Source: Tubiluchus corallicola (taxonomy: Eukaryota > Animalia > Priapulida). From it: a stretch of 47,659 bases of DNA. The stretch spans positions 26,706 to 74,364 of the forward strand of contig JAQGDQ010000973.1 in NCBI GenBank assembly GCA_030141605.1. The letters are read 5' to 3'. The notes beneath the pieces are model-generated. The model was not told where the DNA came from and made no database searches. It saw only the letters and a list, made by a program, of their open reading frames with translations. A program made the translations under genes and the position numbers. Shown piece after piece: positions 1-13,491 of this stretch (position 1 is its first letter; each line of letters starts with the position of its first letter).

Positions 1-279
1 AGCAGCGCGCGCTTACGGAAAGTCACGACGTACTTACGAAAAATCACGAAATCTCCTAGTTAAGTCTTGATTTTCAAGTGAATGGCGGCAACCAGCACGC
101 CTGAAAATTTCTGTTCAGAGATAGTTTATTTCAAATTTAAGCTTTATAGGCCTTTCTCTGCAAATTACTTGGTACTATTTTTCTAAGTTTAAGTGATAAC
201 ACTAGCATAAACCCAACATACTGAGTGACTTGTTCTTTCCTTTAACAATAGCAAATTTAATGTCATAAACTTTGAGATA

Positions 280-1730
280 ACCGTTTTTTTTGTTCCGTAC
301 CGTACTTTTAAGCGTTTTTTTCGCACCGTACCGTACTTTTAGCCGTTTTTTTCGCACCGTACCGTACTTTTAGCCGTTTTTTTCGCACCGTACCGTACTT
401 TTAAACGTTTTTTCGTACTTAACCGTACTTTCAAGCGTTTTTCCCACCGTACCGTACTTTTAAGCGTTTTTTCGTACCTTTCCGTACTTTTAAGCGTTTT
501 TCTCTCACCGTACCGTACTTTTAAGCGTTTTTCCCCACCGTACCGTACTGTCAAGCGTTTTTTCGTTCCGTACCGTACTTTTAAGCGTTTTTTCGTACCG
601 TACCGTACTTTTAAGCGTTTTTTGTACCGTACCGTACTTTTAAGCGTTTTTTCGTACCGTACCGTACTTTTAAGCGTTTTTTCGTACCATACCGTACTTT
701 TAAGCGTTTTTTTTGTTCCGTACCGTACTTTTAAGCGTTTTTTCGTACCGTACCGTACTTTTAAGCGTTTTTTCGTACCGTACCGTACCGTACTTTTAAG
801 GGGTTTTTCACACTGTACCGTACTTTTAAGCGTTTTTTCGTACCTTACCGTACTTTTAAGCGTTTTTCCCCACCGTACCGTACTTTTAAGCGTTTTTTCC
901 CACCGTACCGTACTTTTAAGCGTTTTTTCCCACCATACCGTACTTTTAAGCGTTTTTTTCGTACTGTACCGCAATTTCGTTTCGTACCGTACTTTTAAGC
1001 GTTTTTTCGTACCGTACCGTACTTTTAAGCGTATTTTCGTACCGTACCATACTTTTAAGCGTTTTTTCGTACCATACTGTACTTTTAAGCGTTTTTTCGT
1101 TCCGTGCAGTACTTTTAAGCGTTTTTTCGTACTGTACCGCAATTTCGTTCCGTGCCGTACTTTTAAGCGTTTTTTCGTACCGTACCGTACTTTTAAGCGT
1201 TTTTTCGTACTGTACCGCAATTTCGTACCGTACCGTACTTTTAAGCGTTTTTTCGTACCGTACCGTACTTTTAAGCGTTTTTTCCCACCGTACCGTACTT
1301 TTAAGCGTTTTTTTCCCACCGTACCGTACTTTTAAGCGTTTTTTTTCCCACCGTACCGTACTTTTAAGCGTTTTTTCCCACCGTACCGTACTTTTAAGCG
1401 TTTTTTTCCCACCGTACCGTACTTTTAAGGGGTTTTTCGTACTGTACCGCAATTTCGTTCCGTACCATACTTTCAAGCGTTTTTTCGTTCCGTACCGTAC
1501 TTCTGAGCGTTTTTTCGTTCCGTACCGTAATTTCGTACCGTACTTTTAAGCGTTTTTTCGTACCATACCGTACTTTTAAGCGTTTTTTCGTACCATACCG
1601 TACTTTTAAGCGTTTTTCGTTCCGTACCGTACTTTTAAGCGTTTTTTTCGCACTGTATCATACTTTCAAGCGTTTTTTTCGTTCCGTACCGTACTTTTAA
1701 GCGTTTTTTCGTACCATACAGTACTGTACT
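280..1730. repeat. About 30-bp minisatellite CCGTACCGTACTTTTAAGCGTTTTTTCGTA
   Basis: Dozens of tandem units with variable T-tract length; explains ORFs 339-1319, 622-1335 and 946-1476. Confidence 0.97.
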
Positions 1731-2561
1731 GCCGGCCGCCGCACACACACCAAGCAGCCACGATAATTAGTAACGGTGAACACTCACTGCTTTAGAACAC
1801 TAACGGCTAGATCTCCAGGCCACCTCTAATCTTTGCTGATGCTTAACGACACGATTGTTTACAAAACATACGGGCCATGTGTAAGTGAGGCTAAAGTGAA
1901 GAGATACATTCAACTGCAGGCATTAACAAGTTGCAACTACATGGATTACTTTACTGATTTATTATTTAGAACATTACTTTACTGATTTATTATTTAAACC
2001 AAAAGTTGCAAATTCGTTTGGGAAGTGTTTCGTTTGCACTGCAATTTTCTTTTGAATTTTGTAAAGATTCTGAATGTGCTTAACTGCACATATTCGTTTC
2101 CATTCATGGATAGTCTAAACCTGGGTAAAAATTCACACTAACTTGCAACTAAATGTCTACTTCAAGCTACAGCCTTTTGATTGTAGTCTCCCACCAGTTA
2201 GATTCTTGGGTTATTTATTATTATTTCTTTATAATTCATAATTTATTGGGTGACAGTACATTAACAAAATTATACGGTCATTAATTACAAAGTAAAAGAC
2301 AAGACGAAAAATACAAGTACAAGGTTGTAGGTAACACACTAGCAAACAAAAAAGACAAAAACAACATCAAACACTGGTGTATGTCATAAACCCAACTTCA
2401 CATACACATCAACACAATCAACACAACATTTAAAACAAGTTAACAATCAAATTTTATAAATACAAAATTCTATAGCTTCCCTTATTTATATAATATGTAT
2501 ATTATATATATATAAATCTTTATTGCAAAAATTATACACTAGTACAGAGTAAAACAAATTA

Positions 2562-3060
2562 ACCTAGCCACTGGGGGGGGGGGTAGGCAAGCCAGCCCAA
2601 CTCAGTGCCGGTCCCAAACCCGGATAAATAGGGAGGGTTAGGGTCAGGAAGGGCATCCGCCTGCAAAAACTGCGCCAAAACCTTCTATGGATGAGTCGGT
2701 GAGACTTAAAGGTAAAGTCCGCAAAGAAGTGGTCAGACCCGCTCTAATCTGTGGGCTGAAAGCAGCTTCTCTAAAGAAGACCGAAGAGAATAAAATGGGT
2801 GTGGTGGAGATGAGGATGTTGAGATGGATGGTGGGAATAACAAGAAGAGATAAAATTAGAAATAATAATATTAGAGGAGCAGTAAAAGTAGTGGAAGCCT
2901 CGCAAGATTGCGATGGTATGGACACCTGAAAAGAAGAGTCGGTGAAGATCTTGTGGGAAGGGAAGACATAAATGAAAAGATGGTCAACAACAGGAATGCG
3001 CGGAGAAGACTCATTCACAATGGCGACCCCGAATAGGGAAAAGCTGGGAAGAAGAAGAAG
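2562..3060 (+). mobile_element. Internally deleted RTE-clade non-LTR retrotransposon with 18-bp TSD
   Basis: ACAGAGTAAAACAAATTA is repeated at 2544-2561 and 3061-3078. RTE-like 5'UTR (CCGGTCCCAAACCCGGATAAATAGGGAGGG...AGGAAGGGCATCCG). Degenerate RTE post-RT peptide RLKGKVRKEVVRPAL...EMRMLRWMVGITRRDKIRNNNIRG. 3' end GGCGACCCCGAATAGGGAAAAGCTG followed by a (GAA)n tail. Confidence 0.85.
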
Positions 3061-3540
3061 ACAGAGTAAAACAAATTACATCATTCATAAAATCAGTGTA
3101 TAACCAGTCAGTGACAGACTGATGTGTGCAATTGTGTCAGTTAGGGTAAGTTAAAAATTATAAGAATACAAACATTAAAATACTACATTACATATCTACA
3201 AATTTGTCTACATGATGACATGACGGTGAGTTATTTACAGGACATTGTTTACTGATAAGTGCAGAATTGACAGTGAAAATGATATCATATTTTCATCCAA
3301 TGATTAAGCAGTAATTTGCTGAACATCGTTCAAGATACACATGCAGATGTAGAGTGTTCATACTAGGTTTCTTGATTTATTGGTTCCCCGTGCATTTTAG
3401 CAGCTTACCTAATTTATCCGCGAGCGTACTAGTCATTCATACCAAATTGGCCCAGAATTTCATAAACTTGTATATATGTACTTTTCGAAAAACAACAAGC
3501 TTACGAAAAATCAATAGCAAAGGAACAAATTTGCACTTAA

Positions 3541-4030
3541 AGGGGAAGAAAGGGCAGTTGTAAATACCCGAAAGGTTTTTTCCATGGAAAGTTATTTTGC
3601 TTAACGTTAGGCTTGCCCGTTTGAATGGCTTATGTAATTTTAAAAGAAACTACTTAATTATTTAATATATTCACTTCAACTGGTAAAATAGCTCATCGTC
3701 AACATCCCAGTGTGCACCAGTGTTTCACAAAAAAACGTTATTGATTTTATTAACAATATAAAGTAATTTTACATTTTTTTTATTTAGTGATGTGGGTACT
3801 GCGAATGTCCAGGTTATTTTTTCAAACTTTCAGCACAATGTTGCCTAAACTTGTTTCAAATGACTTCCAGTGTTTCAAAATACGGCACACAACGGTCATT
3901 ACGGGAGTTTAAATTTACAATATTTATACAGCGTTGCTGCTAACACAGGCTCTATATACAATAAGACAGCATGTAAAAATTTCAAGACGAATTTTTTAAG
4001 TTTTATTTATGAAGAATGTTTTCTTGTGTT
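3541..4030. mobile_element. Kolobok-like family K2 short variant
   Basis: TTAA|AGGGGAAGAAAGGGCAG ... TTTCTTGTGTT|TTAA; colinear with 33495-33976. Confidence 0.65.
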
Positions 4031-4065
4031 TTAACGTAATTGGAATTGTCAAGTGTACTCGAGTA

Positions 4066-4399
4066 ATTAAGCCTTTTCACAGTTTCTTAATTACAACTGT
4101 CACGTGACATTGGGTAAAGTAAAGCCTTCTGCGGTATCAGTTCAGTAATATCAGCCGTTTTGCGTGGACTTTACTTAATTATGCATTAGTCTGTGCGTAG
4201 AGTGATTTACTAGCAGGATCTTGCTTGGGAACAGGAAAATGAACTAGGTAAGGTTATAGTTAGCTGCTAAAACTGTTACTATTACAGTAGCATGGGCTGC
4301 TAGACGTTGTCAAATGTACACAAATGCGTAGTCTGATACACTTAACCTCTGACCTTCCCACGATCATCATCAATCGGTGGAACTGCGAAAAGGCTTATT
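4066..4399. mobile_element. Palindromic MITE family M (superfamily uncertain, PIF/Harbinger-like possible)
   Basis: TAAGCCTTTTCACAGTT ... AACTGCGAAAAGGCTTA terminal inverted repeats; relatives at 25527-25914, 28391-28663 and about 43827-43965. Confidence 0.75.
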
Positions 4400-4827
4400 C
4401 TAAGCAAAATTTCATTTAGTTCGTGAGAGTGTGCGATTGCAATTTTAATTAGAGAAGAACTGTTAGAAAGAAGGCGCTTTCTTAGAATGCAGACTCACAA
4501 AGTTGAATAAGCGGGCAAATCCAGGCCTTAATTCGGACAGCGCCAAAATGATTTATAATTCTATGGAATTTCAGAAGCATTACATGAAAAACCATTTTAA
4601 TAGTAAACATGCACCACAAAAACTTCTAGTTGTTGTAGAACAGACCATGTAATGATTATGACGGAATTAAATAGTGTTGGAAGACAGACGGCTCCATTCG
4701 GCTGTTGCTGGTCGCTTCGACATGGCAGTTTTTCTGTTTGTACAGGGTGTTCCAGAAGAAACATTGCGGGTGGAAATAATTAGAATGTTGCTGATTAAAA
4801 GGCCATGAAAACTGGTTGAGTGTTTAA

Positions 4828-5283
4828 CCCTTTCAAACCCGTTGTATCCCATGAGATACGAGAATATTTTCTGCCTTTAAAATTAATAAAATGTTAAAAC
4901 TGACAGTTATTTGATCTGTTAATAGTTATTTTGATTTAAGCCAATAACAATAGACTAAAAATGGTGATAAAATGGCAAACTAGAAAATCTTCATAGCATA
5001 AAAAACTGCGCAAGGTTCCGTACTTTAGAGACACTTTGTACAGATCAGCATAGCATGCATACTAAATGTCTTAAATACTTTAAAAAATTATCAGCAGTTG
5101 CAAAATGAAACACATTTTATGCTTCCATTGAATCCCAATGTATCCCGTGGGATACGGGCTATATTTAGCACGCGGGCACAGGTAGAAAAAAATTATTATG
5201 TGTAAACAAGATGGACATACTGAACAAAAGTACCAAGCCAAAAAATTTCTTCTTATTAAAAAAATAATTTGGGACTGAAAGGG
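4828..5283. mobile_element. piggyBac-like MITE, copy 1
   Basis: TTAA|CCCTTTCA ... TGAAAGGG|TTAA; near-identical inverted copy at 23225-23679. Confidence 0.85.
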
Positions 5284-5287
5284 TTAA

Positions 5288-5859
5288 AGGAAAAGGACAA
5301 GCCTTCTAGGGCGTCAGGCTTATTTCAATGTTCGCGAAAAATGCTAGGAGGATTTAGTAATAAACTGCAATAAGCGCCTCGTGTAATTAGTAAATCACTT
5401 TTAAAGTCGCGATGACTTCATGCTTGGGCGCTTCCATTTTGAACACCCATTCTTCTTCCAATTCGTCATTCGTCTCTTTTTGAACAAAAGTAGGGCACTG
5501 TCAATGTTCATCAAAAGTATAAAATTTTTACAAAAAAAATAGATAGCTAATTTTGTAATATTTTTGTACGAACAATAGGTAAGCTGCACAAGTTTGAATT
5601 CGCTTAAAAGCAGCGCGCGCTTTCGGAAAGCCACGATGCACTTACGAAAAGTCACGAAGTCTCCCAATTACGTCATAATTTTCAAACGAATGGCGGCAAC
5701 TACCGTAACAGAAAATTTCTATTCTCTGTTCTTTCTATTCAGGGGTAGTACATTTTAGATTTATTTCAAATTTCTTTGCAAATTTCTTTGTTATATTTTT
5801 CCAAGTTTAAGTGATAACAGTAAAATAAACTTAACATACTGAATGACTTGTCCTTTCCT
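5288..5859. mobile_element. Kolobok-like non-autonomous element, family K1
   Basis: TTAA|AGGAAAAGGACAAG ... CTTGTCCTTTCCT|TTAA (TTAA TSD, AG..CT termini). Related copies at 1-241 (partial), about 7645-7740, about 11605-11830, 11952-12479, 39721-40523 and about 47505-47659 (reversed, partial). Confidence 0.75.
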
Positions 5860-6042
5860 TTAATAGGTCAACTTTTCTTTCCTTTTCTTTGCTATACTTT
5901 TCTCGGCTTGATCTCTACTCTAGCCCCTTTGATGATTACAATAATAAAATGGTTTGTTTATTTACTTTTTGGTCAACAAAATTTTGACTAGTCAACTGTA
6001 GGCGGATGAGAGCAAGAGAAAAATAGGCGATTTGGCGAAGGA

Positions 6043-6153
6043 GTTTTGAACAGTTTTGAACAGTTCTGAACAGTTTTGAACAGTTTTGAACAGTTCTGAA
6101 CAGTTTTGAACAGTTCTGAACAGTTCTGAACAGTTTTGAACAGTTTTGAACAG
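6043..6153. repeat. 10-bp tandem repeat TT(T/C)TGAACAG, about 11 units
   Basis: Direct inspection. Confidence 0.95.
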
Positions 6154-8365
6154 GAGTTTTAAAAAAACGCAAAGTAATTGTTCAATTATCGCATGATACA
6201 TGTTACGAATATTGATTTTGGTACCTAGAAACATCAATAAAACCATAACGTTTTGTAATTGTGTAATATAATTGCATACCTTACACACCATAATCGTCAC
6301 ATTTTTATTACTAGATGAAATGCCTTATAAGAATAATTTTTAATAATCAAGTTCGTTCAACTTATCTAAGAAAGGGAGAACCATATAACTATGTGTTAAT
6401 ATATGTAATAAATTTCCTATATGTAATAAAATATCACGCAAATTTTTTTAAAAATTATGCTATAATTGTGCACTTTTAATCACGTAACTTTAATAGAGTT
6501 TTTATAGCCATGTATTTTATGCACTTAATAAAATGTGAATAAAAAATTTATTTATTATTTATTATTTATTATACGTTTTATGTTATATATGCCTGCTTTT
6601 ATTATCTGTTTTGAATCTACCTGTTACGTAATTAATTTTCCGAACCTCTGTACCTGGAATACCTGCCAGTGTTGGTTAATTACAGTACGTAAATTAAAAT
6701 CATAGGTGAAAAGTAATGAATTAAACTCATTCGGTTCAACAATGTATAATTCAAATCCCGTATAGCGAGCTATTAAAATTTTAAATAGATCTAAGCAAGC
6801 ATCGCGAAACACAATGTTTTGGTAATTTATTAACTGCTACCAACTTAATTGATTTCCCTACATATAAATAGCAGTATACACTTGTTGCAGTTAGCAAAAC
6901 AGATAAAACCTGTCTTAGAGCAGTTGCCGACAATAGCGGTTTTATTTGTAGTTGATCCTCCCGCTCATATGATTAATACAAATTCGGCATGTTTCTCGAC
7001 CTTGGTCCTCGCGTACCCTCTTTGAAAGCAGCTCAAAGTTAAACTTAGTCATCTAGTTTTACGAGGTATTTACACGTGAGAAACTTACAACTGATCAAAA
7101 AGCGTCCTGCCGCCAAAGGGGTCATTGCGTAAGTTTTAATGGCGCTGATGATTATTGTTATGATCATATGAATTTCTCGGAGAGTTCACAAACCTCCAAA
7201 ACCATTCAATCGGTAGTCTATAAATTTAATATTAAAATCTCTTCGTGTAGACATTTAGTGCTCAAGCTGACAAATTTTTTTATTTACAACAGCATCTGTG
7301 TTGGGAGAAATCTTTTTCGTCATTACATTGTTGCTGTTGCTGTTACTAGATAACACTCAGTAAAGTTTGAAAAAATAATCAGAACATTCATAGCACGCAT
7401 GTTACTAATTAAGTAAAATTTTAAATTACTATATCTTGTAAATAAGCCAAAAAATACGTTAATGGTTAGTGAGTGTGAGCCAGCGACATTTTACCAACTG
7501 GCAGGAAAATTTTAAATTATTATTTCTAAGTTACGTAGTTAGGTAGAAAAATGACGAACGGTTGGTGTCCTGTGTGGGCAGACCAATATACATTATTTTC
7601 AGTGTTGCACATTAGGTAAATAACTCGTTCAAAACGTTATAAGAAAGACTAATCCTTCCTGGAAGTTAGACTTATTTCAATGTTTGCGAGAAATGTCAGA
7701 AGGATTTAGTGATAAAAGTGTTATAAGTGTTGACGTGAAGTTCGTCTCATAATTACTTCACGTTTGATTAACTTGACTTGTGAATATTACATTGTTTGTC
7801 TTCTTGCTCACCTCTCTCTCATAATTTTTTCATCTCATTCCCTCCTTTTTTGGCTTGTTATAACATTGAAATAGCTTAAATATCCCTCTAATCTTATTGT
7901 ACTTATTTGCTTCTGAATGACCTTTTACATTAATAGTGTTCTAGTTTTCTGTACTTAAGCTGTGTAAGACAGGTCTACCTTGAACATTTAGACCTGTGGG
8001 CTAGCCAGTCTAATTGTTCTGTTGTGTTTTAGTATAGTGGTATTTTACTATTGATAATAATTATGTTATTTGATTCTGTGATTGTACCTCCAGGTATAAT
8101 TATTATAATATAATTCCTCGTGACTTGTTAATGATTGTGTTGTTTGATTCTTTGATTGTAAAAGCTGACAGGCTTAATAATTGCGGGCAAAATTTAATTC
8201 GGTGCTAGCTCTCTCCCCTATTTTCTTGCCCACGGTCGTCGTCGCCGTTGTCGCCGTCAAGATTCACAAAAAGGTCGGCTTTAAAGAGGTTCTATCTAGC
8301 GATATAGAAAGAACAGCCTTCACGTTCGTCCGTAAATGAAGAGCCAAAAAATTCATTTTATTTAA

Positions 8366-8862
8366 AGGAAAAGACAAAGGAATTTTAAACTATGTCCCAA
8401 AAAACTTCACACACAAAGTTTTATTACATATTATTACACGTAGCTGTTTGAAAGACTTGTGTGACTAGAAAAGAAAATTCTTAGTAATTTAAAATGTTCG
8501 CGCCAACTGGTAAAACGTCACTGACTCACCTTCCCAGTGTGCACCACTGACTCACAAAAAACGTATTTTTAATCCTAGTGACTAGATAGACTAACTTACA
8601 CTTTTGCTTAGTTAAGAAAGAGTGTGCTATGATTATTTTTCAAAGTTTCCTCAATGTTATCTAAACTTGTTTCAAATGAGTTATCGCTAGCTATTATCAA
8701 ATGAGTGGCAGCGTCTAACAGCCTTTCCAGGAGTTTTGAATTGACCAGTTTTATACAACGTTACTGTTAGCACAAGCTCTACGTGCAATAGGCACAAATA
8801 AGTGATACAAAATTTCAAGGAGAATTTTTATCTTTGCATAAGTATAAAGGATTTCTTGTGCT
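8366..8862. mobile_element. Kolobok-like family K2 short variant
   Basis: TTAA|AGGAAAAGACAAAGG ... TTTCTTGTGCT|TTAA; shares TCCCAGTGTGCACCA and AAACTTGTTTCAAATGA blocks with 3541-4030. Confidence 0.65.
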
Positions 8863-9192
8863 TTAATGGTTTTTAGTGATTTTAGTGAACTACATGTCGG
8901 CTTCATACATGCCGGCTTCATTTCAGAAATTCAAATTCTTCCCACTTTCTGTGAAAACTCAACATAATATTAATCAGCGGCAAATAAGGAATCTTCCCGA
9001 AACTTGGTTTGTAATGGATTAAAAGGCATTGCTCACGAAAAATGTTTTTTTTTCACGGAAAATGAACCAGTTTCCAAAAGTGATTTCTGGGAAGTTTTCT
9101 GTAGACTTGACATGTTCTCATCCGTTCTCATCAAACTCTTTTTACATGCACTTTCTGTTCTGCATCTGTCAACTATTTGACCTAATAGTTAA

Positions 9193-9274
9193 AGGAAAAC
9201 CAGATACAATGTTAAACTGTGGCTCAAAACAATCTACTCTTTAAAATATTGAAAGGAGTTATTTTCAACGTGCA

Positions 9275-9306
<32 letters not shown>

Positions 9307-9802
9307 CACGCACACACAATTTCACGTTTGCACCACTAGTTCTTCGCAATTACGTGCATTTCATCGTTCGCTAGTTAGACCGGCGCTAGTTAGCTTTTGC
9401 ATTTCGGAAACGCATTCAGAAAAACGGGTGTTGTACCACTCAGTTCAGACGTGTTAGTTTGTGACGAACTTCAAATGTTCGAAAGCTCATACGTCAGCAC
9501 AGCGGTGAATTTTCGTCTTAAAACTTGCTTAGTTTTAGTACAACACACTGAATATCTCACAGTAGCACTGTACTTCAATTTTCGCTTTTGTAAATGCAAC
9601 ACGCTCGTGGAATATTTTTGCTGTTGAAAATTACGTTAGTTTGTGATGTAATCAATAGTTGAGGCTAGCCCGCCGTTAACAAAGTTTTCAATCCATTATT
9701 TAATTATCAGAAACGCTTTTATAAGTTCAATTGTGTTAAAATGTATACTTTTTTATCATCCTTGAAAATGGGGTAGTCTGGGAAAAATCGTCCTGTTTTC
9801 CT
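9193..9802. mobile_element. Kolobok-like non-autonomous element, family K3
   Basis: TTAA|AGGAAAACCAG ... CCTGTTTTCCT|TTAA. Inverted copy at 13885-14496; partial copies at 18720-18887 and 30131-30802. Confidence 0.75.
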
Positions 9803-10310
9803 TTAACGCAGCTGCTAGGTCAGCTCTTATAACATTGGCAAACTGACAAACATTAAGTTTAGATATACAATAGATATATATTCTTTGTTGTACATAAGTA
9901 CTGCTACAATCATAATATCTGCTCTAGCAAAAAATTAACAACGCGAAAATTTCACACGCTTAGTACGATTTTTACATATTGCTTTACCCCTGAAATTTAC
10001 ATTTTTTCATACGTTACGTTATGAATACGTTTTACCGTAGCGACATTTTAGCGATTAGCAGGTAATTTCGATACACTCTGATGCTGCTGACAATTTTCCT
10101 TTCGCGTTTTGCATTAAAAATTAACAAAATTAGATAAATATGCCTAGTCATTGATAAAGATATACATGTACATAAAAGAAAAGTCCAAATGAGAATAGGA
10201 TAAAAAGATAAAATGCGATTTAATGATTTTAAGTGTTAATCTGCCTTGTTAACATTGTGCATGGCGTTATGCAGTCTAAATAAGACATTATAAAAGTGAT
10301 GTGTTTTGTT

Positions 10311-10443
10311 TTTTTGTGTTTTACTTTGCTTTGTTTTGTTTTGTTTCGTTTCGTTTCGTTTCGTTTCGTTTCGTTTCGTTTCGTTTCGTTTCGTTTCGTT
10401 TCGTTTCGTTTCGTTTCGTTTCGTTTCGTTTCGTTTTGTTTTG
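10311..10443. repeat. (TTTCG)n / (TTTTG)n microsatellite
   Basis: Direct inspection. Confidence 0.97.
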
Positions 10444-11381
10444 TATTTTATAAAAATATATGCATGTCACTTCTTAAATAAACGAACATCATTCTGTTAA
10501 ATAAAAAAATTATATTTTACAGCACTATTTTACTATCATACGCTAAACCTAAAAGTCTATTTTACAGGTACCAGTCTATAGTTATGCCTATTCGTAGGTA
10601 CATTAAATTTCTGAATCAATTTCCGGTTTTAAAGTTCATTTCCGGCTGACGAATCGAAGGACAATTAGTAAACATACTTTAATAATACGAAAAAATTGTT
10701 TTGCTAGTTTACTTAAGAGAACCGATAATGTAACTAATATTAAACTGTATTATATTATGACGTCACTAATTAAAGATATGACGTCACATCTGTGTTACTG
10801 TGAAGCAACTCATGAAGCAAATTGGTTTGTTGCCATTTTACACAAAAGTTTTACACTATAGCAACTTGTTCATTAAAAATTATTACTAATTTTTAAAACT
10901 TTAAAACTTAAGCTTCTCAGATATTAAAAATACTGACACGACTGAATGACACGTTTTTTTTGTTTTTTTTTATTTACAAATTTTCAATTTCTTATTTTCT
11001 TATATAGAGTTAGTTGAGAAAGCCAAGACACGATGCAGTAGAGAAGAGATTTTATTCTAATGAAATTGAAAGTTGAAAAGGTTTCAGTTGAGTCTGAACA
11101 GCCGATAAAGAGACATTACTCGTGGTGAAGTGCTACTATAAAAATTGTCACAGCGTCTACGACAAAGCCTATAAAACTCCCCGGCTTTTCAACGAAGATT
11201 TATTGTAATTGTTATGGTATAGTTCAAACCTTAGCAGACCTCGTTGTAATTATTTTCATAGGCAATTAAATTTTAATGTACGTTAAAGTAATTTAGTGTG
11301 TTCGGCGGATGCACGCTGAAGTGTTTTTATTGTTTATTGGTGGTACGATTAGATTCGTTAAATTAAATTGTTACGTACAGT

Positions 11382-11473
11382 TAGTATGAGTAATGAGTAT
11401 GTGTAGATAGTATGAGTAATGAGTGTGTGTAGATAGTATGAGTAATGAGTATGTGTAGTTACTATGAGTAATG
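11382..11473. repeat. 26-bp tandem repeat TAGTATGAGTAATGAGTATGTGTAGA, about 3.5 units
   Basis: Direct inspection. Confidence 0.9.
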
Positions 11474-11951
11474 TTAACAGTATCGGTTGCTAACACGATA
11501 ATCTTGAATATTATAGCCATTATTTTTACATTAACAATTTATTGAACATTGTTGGGATGAAATTTATTATAAGAGTATTGGTTACTTTTTAACAATAAAT
11601 TTATAAAAGGAAAGACCAACCCTTCTGTGAAGTTAGGAAAAGGGTTAAGATGATTTAGTAATAAAAGTGTGGTAAGACCGGGCCTTGTGTGAAGTTAGTA
11701 AAATGGTTAAAATGATTTATTAATTAAAGTGTGATACGTGCCCCTTGTAATTAACAGTAGCCATCACTTTTTGCTTGTGCGATTTAATTTTGAGCACCCA
11801 TCTTCCACCAATGACGTCATTCGTCGACTGAGAAATGCTCTTAAATATTACAGCCATTATTTTTACATTGAGTCCTAACAATTTTTTGAACGTTATTGAG
11901 TTAAAATTTATTACAAGAGTATTGGTTACTTTTTAACAATAAATTTATTAA

Positions 11952-12555
11952 AGGAAAGATCAAGCTCTCTGGGAAGTTCGGCTTATTTCAATATTTGTGA
12001 AAAATGTTAGAAGTTTTTAGTAATAACAGCGCGATAAGCGCCTCTTGTAATTAATAGTAGCCATCACTTTATGCCTGTGCGATTCCACTTTGAGCACCCA
12101 TTCTTCCACCAATGACGTTATTCGTCGACTGAAAGAAGCAGCGCACTGTCAATTTCCGTTAAGAAATATAGAAAGTTCTTCCAAAATATTAGATAGCTAA
12201 TTTTGTGGCATTTTTCATGAATATTAGATAAGCTGCAGAAGTTTGAAGTAGTTTATGTAGCGCTCGCTTGCAAAAAGCCACGATACGCTTACGGAAAATC
12301 ACGAAGTCTACCAGTTACGTCACAATTGTGAAGTGAAGGGCAGCTTGAAAGTTTCCCTACAGTACAAACTAAATTTATGCATTACAGAAAGTTTTTTGCA
12401 AATTTCTTTGTTGCATTTTTCTAAGTTTAAGTGATAACAGTAAAATAAACCCAACATACTAAGTGATTTGTTCTTTCCTTTAGCACACCACAAACAGTTT
12501 AAGTGATAACAGTAAAATAAACTCAACATACTAAACAACTTGTCTTATCCTTTAA
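11952..12555. mobile_element. Kolobok-like family K1 copy with duplicated right end
   Basis: TTAA|AGGAAAGATCAAG ... TTTGTTCTTTCCT|TTAG at 12479. The terminal 55 bp or so are repeated at 12497-12555, and a partial duplicate precedes the copy at about 11500-11830. Confidence 0.7.
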
Positions 12556-13089
12556 AGTGTATGTAAAAACATGATTTCTTTAACAATTACAATTGCTTTG
12601 TGCAGATGTGGTGAAGCAGTGGTTAGTATTACTAAAATGACATACTAAGTCAAGATTGCAGTTCAACTAAAAAATTCAGCATAAAAAATTTATGAATTAG
12701 TAAACTAATTACTAACAATATTTGTATTACTCATGGTAGAGATGCAAGCAAATTAGAGCTTTAATTTTACAAAGATATTAAATTAATTAATACTATATTT
12801 TTGCAAAAGTTGTCGTAATTTATTACCTGCGGACTTTTCTATATGAAAGTCGTTCAAAACAACAAAAGGAGAAAATATTCCTGCATCCATCATTATAGAA
12901 AATTCACGATCTTGTAATTGTAAATACATTAATAAAAATTTTTCAAATTTTTTTTCGTTCATTGTTATTTTTAAATTGGTTTCAAAATAATTAGAACAAA
13001 AATTAATTTACTAATAAACACAAAGTGTTCTCATTGTCAATTTGCACCAAAAATGAAAATTTAATTTGCAGTAACTTACTTTATAAGGA

Positions 13090-13459
13090 ACCCATTTATT
13101 TTAAGATCCTGCTGTTAAGTTTTAGTAAAATAGGGATTAAATTTGTGTATTTTTGAGATTACTGATTGTAACTCTTTTAGATTTAGACAATGAATTTGGA
13201 ATTTAATAGTTTAGAATATTAATTTACCTGCATTTTTATGTTACTAGACAGGAAACTTGCTTTATTAACAATTTTTGATTTTAACACTGATTTTAATACT
13301 CGCTGTAAATAATGATATACGCACAAATTAAAAAAGCTAATTACAGAATGTGCTAATATGTAATATTATAGAATTCACTCTGTATCTATGTAAAATTGTA
13401 TAATGTTTGTGCAAAAATATTTGAATGTAAAAAGAGGCTAATAAAGACTTATCATCATC

Positions 13460-13491
<32 letters not shown>

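Noticed and set aside
339-1476. Long Lys/Arg-rich repetitive ORFs
   Set aside because: Translations of the 30-bp minisatellite; variable T-tracts shift frames and ORFs occur on both strands.
4735-4760. ACCCTGTA (miR-10 seed) on minus strand
   Set aside because: No complementary arm or 3' similarity; TACAGGGTGTTCC looks more like a mariner-type terminus.
12971-12994. Plus-strand LNWFQNN resembling homeodomain helix 3
   Set aside because: Wrong strand, followed by a stop, no other homeodomain residues.
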